Shown here: piece after piece, positions 1-8,397 of the stretch
Position numbering within the stretch: position 1 is the stretch's first letter
Layout of the letters: each line of letters opens with the position of its first letter
Origin: a virus
Lineage: Duplodnaviria > Heunggongvirae > Uroviricota > Caudoviricetes
DNA length: 30,320 nt
Direction: 5' to 3' (one strand)
IMG/VR virus record: IMGVR_UViG_2534681626_000018
The notes under the pieces: generated by a model
What the model was told of the DNA's origin: nothing
Database searches by the model: none
What the model saw: the letters and a program-made list of their open reading frames with translations, nothing else
Position numbers and translations under genes: made by a program

Positions 1-996
1 TTATGGACGCATTATGGACATTCCTGACACCGGGTTAAGAGTCACAGCATCTTGTAAGAAATCCGGTGCAAAGTGTGCGTAGGTCATAGTTTGCTGAATG
101 TTAGAATGACCCAGGATGCGCTGCAATGTGATTATGTTACCTCCATTCATTATAAAATGTGTGGCAAATGTATGCCTCAAAACATGCACTGCCTGTCCGT
201 CAGGTAAATCGGGTTTTACTTCCCTGAGAGCATTGCGCACTTTGTAGTAACTGGCATTAAAAAGCCTGCCTGAATTTTTGGTCTTGATCCGTTTAATCAG
301 GTCCTGCGAAACGGGAATTGTCCTGCGCTTTCCGTTTTTAGTTTTCATAAACGTAACCATCTGGTTAATGATGTGTTCAGCTTTCAAATTAGACACTTCA
401 CTCCAGCGTCCACCAGTAGAAAGGCAGACCAGAGTTGCATTTAACTCATCACCATCAAGCATGGATAACAGCCGCGTAATCTCTTCACTGGACAAAAAAG
501 CCATTTCAGTAACAGCTTCACGTAACCGCTTAACCTCACGGAACGGGTTGTGAGAGTGGTATTCACCGGCGTCAATTAACTTGGTGAACATCCCGCTCAT
601 TATTGCCAGATGCCGATTTACGCTGGCTGGTTTAAGACCATCGTTCATCATTACAACGCGATAATCAGTTATCGTTTTCTTTGTTAGCTGGTCAGCTCTG
701 GACACTCCCATTTCTGCAAATTTGGCGATTATTGTCGTCAAACGCCCCCGTTCAATATTTCCACGCTCATGTGATTTTCCGTGATATATCCACCATCTGC
801 CTAACAACTCTGTAAGAGTTCGGCGGTCGGCTGGCTTCTCCAGCCACTCTTTGTTGTGGTAGTTAACCAGCACATGACGTTCGAATGCTTGAGCTTCACC
901 TTTAGTTTTAAATTTCCGCCTGATACGTTTTCCATCTGCACCCTGCGGTCTGACGTCCACTTCATAACGACCATCATCGAGCTTTTTAATAGACAT
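1..996 (-). CDS. int: Phage tyrosine integrase (site-specific recombinase)
   Basis: 331-aa ORF with C-terminal catalytic region typical of tyrosine recombinases (HVLRHTFATHF ... TMTYAHF); first gene of a P2-type early-left operon; stop codon at window position 1-3. Confidence 0.9.
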   Translation of the reverse strand: MSIKKLDDGRYEVDVRPQGADGKRIRRKFKTKGEAQAFERHVLVNYHNKEWLEKPADRRTLTELLGRWWIYHGKSHERGNIERGRLTTIIAKFAEMGVSRADQLTKKTITDYRVVMMNDGLKPASVNRHLAIMSGMFTKLIDAGEYHSHNPFREVKRLREAVTEMAFLSSEEITRLLSMLDGDELNATLVCLSTGGRWSEVSNLKAEHIINQMVTFMKTKNGKRRTIPVSQDLIKRIKTKNSGRLFNASYYKVRNALREVKPDLPDGQAVHVLRHTFATHFIMNGGNIITLQRILGHSNIQQTMTYAHFAPDFLQDAVTLNPVSGMSIMRP

Positions 997-1089
997 AAAG
1001 CCCTCCGATGACGCTGTTTACTTCTACTACTTGAAAATTAATGCAATTTTCTTTCGTACATTTACTGCACACATATGCTGAATAAATCG

Positions 1090-1389
1090 TCAGCCAGTCT
1101 TTTGGTCTGAGTGGTGCAAGGTTGTTGAGTCTTGCCCAATGTGTGCGAGAGCCGGGGCTATTTGTCCAGCTTCGGGATCTATTTCATCAAACATGAACCA
1201 GTCACGATACTTGCGAAAGCGTGGATGCTTAAACAGCTTCATACCTGCTTCCATAGGCATTTTTGATTTCCCTGATTCATATCCATGATATGTGTAGTAA
1301 TTAATTCCAATTAATTCAGCAAGTTCCTTAGTTTTAAGGCGTTCGGATTCACGAATGAGCTTTAATTTCTCGCTTTGTTCACTTGACAT
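1090..1389 (-). CDS. C: Immunity repressor, P2 C-like
   Basis: 99 aa from ATG at 1389 (ORF track offers a longer 105-aa version from 1407); C-terminus QIAPALAHIGQ...SDQKTG matches what I recall of P2 C; sits between int and cox, transcribed leftward. Confidence 0.8.
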   Translation of the reverse strand: MSSEQSEKLKLIRESERLKTKELAELIGINYYTYHGYESGKSKMPMEAGMKLFKHPRFRKYRDWFMFDEIDPEAGQIAPALAHIGQDSTTLHHSDQKTG

Positions 1390-1482
1390 AATTTTGCTAA
1401 TCTCCAATTATATGGCTACTTGGCAATTTGTGATGCACTCAAAAAGGCTCTAGATGGCTCCAGTTGGTGAATTACAAATCTT
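1390..1482. promoter_or_regulatory. Lysis/lysogeny switch region (expected Pe/Pc promoters and C/Cox operators)
   Basis: Non-coding gap between divergent C and cox; imperfect direct repeat ATGGCT(N2-4)TTGG at 1412 and 1454. Promoter hexamers were not confidently identified. Confidence 0.4.
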
Positions 1483-1854
1483 ATGGAGGATAGCAAAGTG
1501 ACGACAAATGTAGAAATTTCTTGTCAAACTAGCGATGAGGCAAGTTTCGAAAACGAAGCCAAACGCAAAAGCATTCAGATTTCAGAGCGCCCATCAGATT
1601 TGCTGTCGAAAGAGGGGTTTGCTCTTTACATCGGTAAGACACCACGCGCGGTGGCTGAAATGGCTAAAGCGGGAAAGCTGCCAGCCTTCTATATGACAGA
1701 CCCATTAAAACCAAGAGGGAAAGCTGAATTATGGGTAAATCGTCGTGAGTGGGATAAGTATGCGGCACAACTAGTCGAAGAGGCTCCGACCGAGGGGCAT
1801 GACTGGAAAAATCGCATTAGTTACAGCAAATCAAGACATGGCCGTGCGGCTTAA
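1483..1854 (+). CDS. cox: Cox-like excisionase / early transcriptional regulator
   Basis: Core ALYIGKTPRAVAEMAKAGKLPAFYMTDP...WV resembles the P2 Cox / 186 Apl helix-turn-helix region; ORF is about 30 aa longer at the N-terminus than P2 Cox, and a GTG at 1498 with GGAGGA 7 nt upstream is an alternative start. Confidence 0.6.
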   Translation: MEDSKVTTNVEISCQTSDEASFENEAKRKSIQISERPSDLLSKEGFALYIGKTPRAVAEMAKAGKLPAFYMTDPLKPRGKAELWVNRREWDKYAAQLVEEAPTEGHDWKNRISYSKSRHGRAA

Positions 1855-2035
1855 GGTGGAAAGGATGAATGAGCCGCGTTGTATTGCTCAGTTATTGCGT
1901 AACGAAAGCCCCAGGGCGATTGACTTCACCATCACCCACGGGAAGGGGCGCAAGGGAATCATTATCCGTACCAAAAAACAGAGTCCGTTAAAAAAGGCTC
2001 TGACCTTTCTGAAAAGCCGGAGGGTATGGAAATGA
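1799..2035 (+). CDS. Hypothetical small early protein (between cox and B)
   Basis: 78-aa ORF in the early-right operon; overlaps the cox 3' end; internal ATGs at 1838 and 1865 (AAGGTGG 6 nt upstream) may be the true start. Confidence 0.4.
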   Translation: MTGKIALVTANQDMAVRLKVERMNEPRCIAQLLRNESPRAIDFTITHGKGRKGIIIRTKKQSPLKKALTFLKSRRVWK

Positions 2036-2532
2036 CAGTGATGACGCTCAATCTCGTTGAAAAACAGCCAGCAACTATGCGCCGGATAATTGGTAAGCAT
2101 CTTGCCGTTCCTCGCTGGCAGGATACATGTGATTATTATAATCAGATGATGGAGCGCGAACGGCTAACGGTTTGCTTTCATGCGCAGTTAAAACAGCGTC
2201 ACGCAACGATGCGTTTTGAAGAAATGAACGACGTCGAACGTGAACGGCTGGTATGTGCAATTGATGAACTGCGTGGGGCATTCTCAAAACGCCGTCAGGT
2301 TGGCGCAAGTGAGTATGCATATATTAGTTTTTTAACAGTCAGTCAGCGTCGCACTTTATTTATGCACGCACGACTGACAGAAAAAGAATTCACCCAGCCA
2401 TACTGGCGAATTAATGAGGAATCATGTTACTGGCGTGATGCTTTATTCCGTGCATTACGTGAATTATTCAGCCTGTTTGAGTATGCACCGACAATTCTGA
2501 CGTCGGTAAAACCAGAGCAATATCTGCATTAA
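2032..2532 (+). CDS. B: Replication protein B (helicase-loading factor), P2 B-like
   Basis: 166 aa from ATG 2032; position and length match P2 B; sequence (LNLVEKQPATMRRIIGKHLAVPRWQD...) recalled as P2 B-like. Confidence 0.75.
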   Translation: MTVMTLNLVEKQPATMRRIIGKHLAVPRWQDTCDYYNQMMERERLTVCFHAQLKQRHATMRFEEMNDVERERLVCAIDELRGAFSKRRQVGASEYAYISFLTVSQRRTLFMHARLTEKEFTQPYWRINEESCYWRDALFRALRELFSLFEYAPTILTSVKPEQYLH

Positions 2533-2595
2533 GTAATTACCCAGAGTTTTTAACGCACTTAATTGTGCGGGGCTTCTTTTTGCCTGGAGAAAGTC

Positions 2596-2820
2596 ATGCA
2601 TACAGTTTCTGAAAATCAGTGCGGTAAATACGCATTACTGCTGCAACAGGCCAGAACCGAAGCACAGGCCGACGCAGCGACGCGCTTTTCTTCTCATCTT
2701 GACGCCATGATTCGCCACATCACAAAGGCGGAGTTATCCCGCGTGGAGATAGTCGAGCTGCTCAGTCAGGAGTCGGAAAAATTTCACAATATCGGATTGT
2801 CTCGCGGGGAGGGGCTTTGA
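2596..2820 (+). CDS. Hypothetical early protein
   Basis: 74-aa ORF from ATG 2596 with GGAGAAAG Shine-Dalgarno; part of the tightly packed block between B and A. Confidence 0.55.
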   Translation: MHTVSENQCGKYALLLQQARTEAQADAATRFSSHLDAMIRHITKAELSRVEIVELLSQESEKFHNIGLSRGEGL

Positions 2821-3122
2821 TGTCCTGTTCTCGTTCAGTTGTATTACTGAATAACGCCTTAAAAATCGCCGTTATGGAAAATGGTGATTTGTCTCTTATT
2901 CAACTTGGTCTTGATAAAGAAAAACGCGACATAACTGAATCTGTTATCGCGATTTATCAGAATGAATTAAATCTCCTGTCTGATGTGGTCAATTTACTTG
3001 TTAAACGCGCTGTATTCCACAAGCAAATTTCCTCAGTGGATGAGCTGACAAAATTAACGACAGAAATCGCCAGCTATTGCGCTGATGAATTTAAGAAGCT
3101 GAACGACAAAAGGAGCTGGTAA
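2820..3122 (+). CDS. Hypothetical early protein
   Basis: 100-aa ORF; ATG overlaps the upstream stop (TGATG); GGGGAGGGG Shine-Dalgarno upstream; translationally coupled. Confidence 0.55.
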   Translation: MSCSRSVVLLNNALKIAVMENGDLSLIQLGLDKEKRDITESVIAIYQNELNLLSDVVNLLVKRAVFHKQISSVDELTKLTTEIASYCADEFKKLNDKRSW

Positions 3123-3346
3123 TGCCGGACAACGTAGATTTTATTCAGGAACAACAGGCTGAATTACTGGAGCGCCAGATTAACGCGGCAAGGGTAAAAC
3201 ATTGCGGTGTTTCTGCGCTGGTTTGCGAAGAGTGTGACGCGCCAATACCTGTTGCCCGTCGTGCGGCTTATCCGTCAGCCACGCGTTGTGTTTCCTGCCA
3301 GTCAGTCTTTGAAGCAAAAAACAAGCATTACCGGAGAATGGCATGA
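3122..3346 (+). CDS. TraR/DksA-family C4 zinc-finger protein
   Basis: 74 aa with CxxC...CxxC (CEECDAPIPVARRAAYPSATRCVSCQ); AAGGAG Shine-Dalgarno; start overlaps upstream stop (TAATG). Confidence 0.7.
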   Translation: MPDNVDFIQEQQAELLERQINAARVKHCGVSALVCEECDAPIPVARRAAYPSATRCVSCQSVFEAKNKHYRRMA

Positions 3347-3618
3347 GTATTCGTATCGAAATTGGCGAACGTTATGTCGTTACCAGTGACAGCTTTCAGT
3401 TTATTCTCCACGAGAAAAAGAGAGCGGAAAGCGGTAAAAACGCCGGTCAGGAATGGCTGGCGGTGGTTGGTTATTACCCGAAATTAAGCCAGCTCGTTTC
3501 CGGCCTGATGCATCACGATATTCTGACCGGAAGCGCAAAGTCTTTTGCTGATTTAAACGCGCAGGTTGAGCAACTCAGCAGGCGTTGTTCAGAGGCTTTT
3601 GGCTCATATGGCCGTTAA
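3343..3618 (+). CDS. Hypothetical early protein
   Basis: 91-aa ORF; ATGA overlap with the upstream gene; its 3' end overlaps the A start. Confidence 0.5.
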   Translation: MSIRIEIGERYVVTSDSFQFILHEKKRAESGKNAGQEWLAVVGYYPKLSQLVSGLMHHDILTGSAKSFADLNAQVEQLSRRCSEAFGSYGR

Positions 3619-5893
3619 AGCCTCCGGGCGTTTTGTCCCTCCGTCAGCATTTGCTGCAGGCACCGGTAAGGCGTTTACCGGTGCTTATGCATGGAACGCG
3701 CCACGCGAGGCCGTCGGGCGCGAAAGACTCCTTACACGTGACGAGATGCGTCAGGTGCAAGGTGTTTTATCCACGATTAACCGCCTGCCTTACTTTTTGC
3801 GCTCGCTGTTTACTTCACGCTATGACTACATCCGGCGCAATAAAAGCCCGGTGCACGGGTTTTATTTCCTCACATCCACTTTTCAGCGTCGTTTATGGCC
3901 GCGCATTGAGCGTGTGAATCAGCGCCATGAAATGAACACCGACGCGTCGTTACTGTTTCTGGCAGAGCGTGACCACTATGCGCGCCTGCCGGGAATGAAT
4001 GACAAGGAGCTGAAAAAGTTTGCCGCCCGTATCTCATCGCAGCTTTTCATGATGTATGAGGAACTCTGCGATGCCTGGGTGGATGCGCATGGCGAAAAAG
4101 AATCGCTGTTTACGGATGAGGCGCAGGCGCATCTGTATGGTCATGTTGCTGGCGCTGCACGTGCTTTCAATATTTCCCCTCTCTACTGGAAAAAATACCG
4201 TAAAGGACAGATGACCACGAGGCAGGCATATTCTGCCATTGCCCGTCTGTTTAACGATGAGTGGTGGACTCATCAGCTTAAAGGCCAGCGTATGCGCTGG
4301 CATGAGGCGTTACTGATTGCTGTCGGGGAGGTGAATAAAGACCGTTCTCCTTATGCCAGTAAACATGCCATTCGTGATGTGCGTGCGCGCCGCCAGGCAA
4401 ATCTGGAATTTCTTAAATCGTGTGACCTTGAAAACAGGGAAACCGGCGAGCGCATCGACCTTATCAGTAAGGTGATGGGAAGTATTTCTAATCCTGAAAT
4501 TCGCCGGATGGAGCTGATGAACACCATTGCCGGTATTGAGCGTTACGCCGCCGCAGAGGGTGATGTGGGGATGTTTATCACGCTGACCGCGCCGTCAAAG
4601 TATCACCCGACACGTCAGGTCGGAAAAGGCGAAAGTAAAACCGTCCAGCTAAATCACGGCTGGAACGATGAGGCATTTAATCCAAAGGATGCGCAGCGTT
4701 ATCTCTGCCGCATCTGGAGCCTGATGCGCACGGCATTCAAGGATAATGATTTACAGGTCTACGGTTTGCGTGTCGTCGAGCCACACCACGACGGAACGCC
4801 GCACTGGCATATGATGCTTTTTTGTAATCCACGTCAGCGTAACCAGATTATCGAAACCATGCGTCGCTACGCGCTCAAAGAGGATGGCGACGAAAGAGGA
4901 GCCGAGCGAAACCGTTTTCAGGCGAAACACCTTAACCGGGGCGGTGCTGCGGGGTATATCGCGAAATACATTTCAAAAAATATCGACGGCTATGCACTGG
5001 ATGGTCAGCTCGATAACGATACCGGCAGACCTCTGAAAGATACTGCCGCGGCTGTTACTGCATGGGCGTCAACGTGGCGCATCCCGCAATTTAAAACGGT
5101 TGGTCTGCCGACAATGGGGGCTTACCGTGAACTACGCAAATTGCCTCGCGGCGTCAGCATTGCTGATGAGTTTGACGAACGCGTCGAGGCTGCACGCGCT
5201 GCCGCAGACAGTGGCGATTTTGCGTTGTATATCAGCGCGCAGGGTGGGGCAAATGTCCCGCGCGATTGTCAGACTGTCAGGGTTGCCCGTAGCCCGTCGG
5301 ATGACGTTAACGAGTACGAGGAAGAAGTCGAGAGAGTGGTCGGCATTTACGCGCCGCATCTCGGCGCGCGTCATATTCATATCACCAGAACGACGGACTG
5401 GCGCATTGTGCCGAAAGTTCCGGTCGTTGAGCCTTTGACTTTAAAAAGCGGCATCGCCGCGCCTCGGAGTCCTGTCAATAACTGTGGAAAGCTCACCGGT
5501 GGTGATGCTTCGTTACCGGCTCCCACACCTTCTGAGCACGCCGCAGCAGTGCTTAATCTGGTTGATGACGGTGTTATCGAATGGAATGACCCGGAGGTCG
5601 TGAGGGCGCTCAGAAGCGCATTAAAACACGGTCTGAGAAGACCAAACCGTCAGCAAAGAAACGGAAACCCGTTAAAACCGCATGAAATAGCGCCATCGGC
5701 CAGACTGACCCGGTCAGAACGATTGCAAATTACCCGTATCCGCGTTGACCTCGCTCAGAACGGTATCAGGCCGCAACGATGGGAGCTTGAGGCGCTGGTG
5801 CGTGGCGCGACCGTAAATTATGACGGGAAAAAATTCACGTATCCGGTCGCTGATGAGTGGCCGGGATTCTCAACAGTAATGGAGTGGACATGA
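3608..5893 (+). CDS. A: Rolling-circle replication initiation endonuclease, P2 A-like
   Basis: 761 aa from ATG 3608 (the ORF track's 3566 start is probably too far upstream); contains an HUH-type motif (GTPHWHMMLF) and the AGYIAKYISK region; length matches P2 A. Confidence 0.85.
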   Translation: MAVKASGRFVPPSAFAAGTGKAFTGAYAWNAPREAVGRERLLTRDEMRQVQGVLSTINRLPYFLRSLFTSRYDYIRRNKSPVHGFYFLTSTFQRRLWPRIERVNQRHEMNTDASLLFLAERDHYARLPGMNDKELKKFAARISSQLFMMYEELCDAWVDAHGEKESLFTDEAQAHLYGHVAGAARAFNISPLYWKKYRKGQMTTRQAYSAIARLFNDEWWTHQLKGQRMRWHEALLIAVGEVNKDRSPYASKHAIRDVRARRQANLEFLKSCDLENRETGERIDLISKVMGSISNPEIRRMELMNTIAGIERYAAAEGDVGMFITLTAPSKYHPTRQVGKGESKTVQLNHGWNDEAFNPKDAQRYLCRIWSLMRTAFKDNDLQVYGLRVVEPHHDGTPHWHMMLFCNPRQRNQIIETMRRYALKEDGDERGAERNRFQAKHLNRGGAAGYIAKYISKNIDGYALDGQLDNDTGRPLKDTAAAVTAWASTWRIPQFKTVGLPTMGAYRELRKLPRGVSIADEFDERVEAARAAADSGDFALYISAQGGANVPRDCQTVRVARSPSDDVNEYEEEVERVVGIYAPHLGARHIHITRTTDWRIVPKVPVVEPLTLKSGIAAPRSPVNNCGKLTGGDASLPAPTPSEHAAAVLNLVDDGVIEWNDPEVVRALRSALKHGLRRPNRQQRNGNPLKPHEIAPSARLTRSERLQITRIRVDLAQNGIRPQRWELEALVRGATVNYDGKKFTYPVADEWPGFSTVMEWT

Positions 5894-6378
5894 TGGCAAA
5901 AATTCACGAGGTAAAGCTGCACGCAAAATATTTCGACCTTGTACTGGAAGGAAAAAAACGCGCAGAGTTTCGGAAAAATGACCGTAATTATGAGCGCGGG
6001 GACACGTTGATTTTGCATGAATGGGTGCAGGGTGTGTTTACGGGGCGAAAGGTTGAAGCCCGGATAACAGATGTTACTGACCTGTCAGACTGGCTGGAAG
6101 ATTATGTCTTGCTAAGTATTGAGCTGCTTAATACGGGCGCATATAAGATTGTGAACTGGAAAGAACTTAGTGAACGTGGTCTGGTATTCAGAATTAATCA
6201 TGAAATTATGCATCAGCTCGGCCTTGCTGTTATGTATGAACCAGAGACGGGCTGTCTGGCGGGGCAGTGGTTGCTGCGGATGGGATATGGAACTATTCAG
6301 ATGAACAGGTGGAGCGTGCAAAGCAAAACGGGTGGCTTGGATAATGCACAGAATACCAGGCGAGATACCGCACCATAA
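5890..6378 (+). CDS. ASCH/PUA-like (DUF3850-type) domain protein
   Basis: N-terminal about 80 aa (KIHEVKLHAKYFDLVLEGKKRAEFRKNDRNYERGDTLILHEW) fits the DUF3850/ASCH motif as I recall it; about 80 aa C-terminal extension of unknown nature; start overlaps the A stop (ATGATGG). Confidence 0.6.
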   Translation: MMAKIHEVKLHAKYFDLVLEGKKRAEFRKNDRNYERGDTLILHEWVQGVFTGRKVEARITDVTDLSDWLEDYVLLSIELLNTGAYKIVNWKELSERGLVFRINHEIMHQLGLAVMYEPETGCLAGQWLLRMGYGTIQMNRWSVQSKTGGLDNAQNTRRDTAP

Positions 6379-6397
6379 AACTAAAAATATCAAGCTG

Positions 6398-6550
6398 ATG
6401 GCTATTGTTCAGCGTTTACAGCGGATTATGGTCAACGAAAATCTGACGCCCGATGAGCTGGTCGGGTGTGCCGAAATAGTTCGGGATAATTACGGGCGGC
6501 TTAACTATATCGGTCAGTCCAGAGTTGCGCCACCACCACGAAGACGATAG
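6398..6550 (+). CDS. Possible small ORF (50 aa), doubtful
   Basis: In-frame ATG within ORF 6332..6550; no convincing Shine-Dalgarno; proline/arginine-rich tail. Confidence 0.2.
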   Translation: MAIVQRLQRIMVNENLTPDELVGCAEIVRDNYGRLNYIGQSRVAPPPRRR

Positions 6551-6773
6551 AGAACGCCGCCAGTCGTGAAACTTGTTTTCAGGGCTGGCGGGGTTGAACA
6601 ACGAGCGTAGCGAGGCGTTAGTTGACAGACATATTTTTACTGCGTTGGTGCCGGTTTTTGACGGTTGAAAGGAGTTAGGTTGGAGAGCTAACAACTTACA
6701 AATATTCAAAAGTAAGCATCCTGTTGCTAACATGAGGTCGATTTTTTATGTGGATGATGCAAAAAGGATAGCT

Positions 6774-7505
6774 ATGGATACTATAATCGCTTTTCTATCA
6801 CTCGCTTTTTTCGTTGCTTTCTTCATCGGGTTAATCAAGCCATCACTGGTGCGAATGCCAAACCGCAAACGTGCAAGTGCGGTTTATCTCGGAGGAGGTT
6901 TTGTATTGAGCATAATTGGTTCAATACTCTATCCAACAGAAAAAAGCCAGCCAGTTGATAAAACTGAAACATCAACCGTTGCAGAACATAAAGTCCAAAA
7001 AACATTCGAATATGGTGAAAAAACACTCAAGGAATATCGGAACGAGTCAAAGAAAACACGACACGATATTGTGAATAGTTACATTGATTTTAAGGAAGTT
7101 CCAGCCACCGCGTCAGATGCGTTTTATGCCTGCATGAGTGAATATACATTTACCAAAGATGATGAGTTGAAACTCGGTGATGTTCTTGGGTGGTGCTTTA
7201 ATGATTATGAAAATGACCCGAATTCACTAAACAATAAAATCAATCTTGATACATTTCAGAGTAATTTTAGTGGTTGGGATGGTTCTTATCGTCCATTGGA
7301 AAAACTAATTAAAGATAATATGAACGATGATTCATCTTATAAACATGTATCAACGGTATATCATCTGGTTTTGAATAAAGACCCGCATGCCATTGTGAAA
7401 ACCACGTTTCGCGGAACTAATGCTTATGGCGGAGTGGTGAAACAGACGATTGCTGCGCGTGTTGATATAAAAACTGGTAAGGTGATATCAATCATAGATA
7501 ATTGA
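6774..7505 (+). CDS. Membrane-anchored protein of unknown function (two N-terminal TM helices + about 180-aa soluble domain)
   Basis: ATG 6774 preceded by AAAGGA; hydrophobic stretches IIAFLSLAFFVAFFIGLI and VYLGGGFVLSIIGSIL; about 38% GC against about 53% for the phage backbone; followed by an intrinsic terminator. Confidence 0.6.
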   Translation: MDTIIAFLSLAFFVAFFIGLIKPSLVRMPNRKRASAVYLGGGFVLSIIGSILYPTEKSQPVDKTETSTVAEHKVQKTFEYGEKTLKEYRNESKKTRHDIVNSYIDFKEVPATASDAFYACMSEYTFTKDDELKLGDVLGWCFNDYENDPNSLNNKINLDTFQSNFSGWDGSYRPLEKLIKDNMNDDSSYKHVSTVYHLVLNKDPHAIVKTTFRGTNAYGGVVKQTIAARVDIKTGKVISIIDN

Positions 7506-7513
7506 TATCTTAC

Positions 7514-7555
7514 AATGCCGACGCTGAATATTTAATTGGGTGTCGGCATTTTTTG
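7514..7555 (+). terminator. Rho-independent terminator
   Basis: Stem AATGCCGAC / GTCGGCATT with 19-nt loop followed by TTTTTT, immediately after the 6774..7505 stop. Confidence 0.5.
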
Positions 7556-7614
7556 ACTATTAGAGCGGCAGAACCGAGATTTGTTGCGTATGAGATTAGC
7601 ACTGCGAGAATGTT

Positions 7615-8397
7615 ATGAAAATTATAAACCAACTTAAGAAGTTTGATAAGAAAAGAACGCCAGATGATGGCCGTATTAGTTTGTTATATGAAAACGCGAT
7701 TAAGTATGATATGTACTCTGTATATATTAAAGATAAAAATGATACAGAATACCTCTTTGACTGTTTGGTTGATGGGAAGATAAAGGCTTTTAAATGGGAT
7801 GATGAGGAGCGTAGATTTCATATAAGTTCATGCTTGGATATTTCTGAGGTTACGCCTGATTCTTTTTTTGGTGTTTACTACTACCGTGCGCATGAGTTGC
7901 GATTTAACTCTTTAAATGATTTAACATTTTTAAGGGAGTTGTTCTTTAGAGTAAAGTCTAATTATGAAAATATAAAGTTTAGTCGTGAAAAATATATTTA
8001 TCGACAGCAAAAAAAAGAAATAACTGATGTGATGTTTGTTCTCTCAACGATTATAAGAATGTATCGTGAATGGGATGCTCAAACTGTGTTTAGTGAGTTT
8101 TCAATAATGACCGAAGTCGCTGGTAGTTTATGGGTATACCATGACGATAAAAACAGGATGCGTAAAGAGCTTCGTTTATGCCTGAATTCTCTTGTTCAGA
8201 ATGGAGATCTTGTTGAAACAAGTAGTGGATTTAGGCCAACAGGAAAGGCACTGAACACAATATCTACATTCAATAAAGATGAGGTGCGGTACAGAGAGAA
8301 TTTGAGTACTCAGAAGAAAATGTTTTGGGCTACTTTTTTCGCAGCAGTCGGCGGCGTAGGAAGTATGATTGCAGCTATAATAGGGCTTCTAAAATGA
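7615..8397 (+). CDS. Tail-anchored membrane protein of unknown function (soluble N-terminal domain + C-terminal TM helix)
   Basis: 260-aa ORF; C-terminal hydrophobic segment FWATFFAAVGGVGSMIAAIIGLL; about 33% GC, lysine/tyrosine-rich; no motif I can assign. Confidence 0.6.
   Translation: MKIINQLKKFDKKRTPDDGRISLLYENAIKYDMYSVYIKDKNDTEYLFDCLVDGKIKAFKWDDEERRFHISSCLDISEVTPDSFFGVYYYRAHELRFNSLNDLTFLRELFFRVKSNYENIKFSREKYIYRQQKKEITDVMFVLSTIIRMYREWDAQTVFSEFSIMTEVAGSLWVYHDDKNRMRKELRLCLNSLVQNGDLVETSSGFRPTGKALNTISTFNKDEVRYRENLSTQKKMFWATFFAAVGGVGSMIAAIIGLLK

Noticed and set aside
3566-3607. Upstream start for gene A at 3566 as given in the ORF track
   Set aside because: The ATG at 3608 gives exactly the 761-aa length expected for P2 A and an MAVKASGRF N-terminus; the upstream extension would overlap the preceding ORF by more than 50 nt.
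6416-6733. 105-aa minus-strand ORF spanning the non-coding leader upstream of the cargo
   Set aside because: Opposite to all flanking genes, no Shine-Dalgarno, and a tryptophan/serine-rich low-complexity translation; more likely the leader is non-coding. Not fully excluded.
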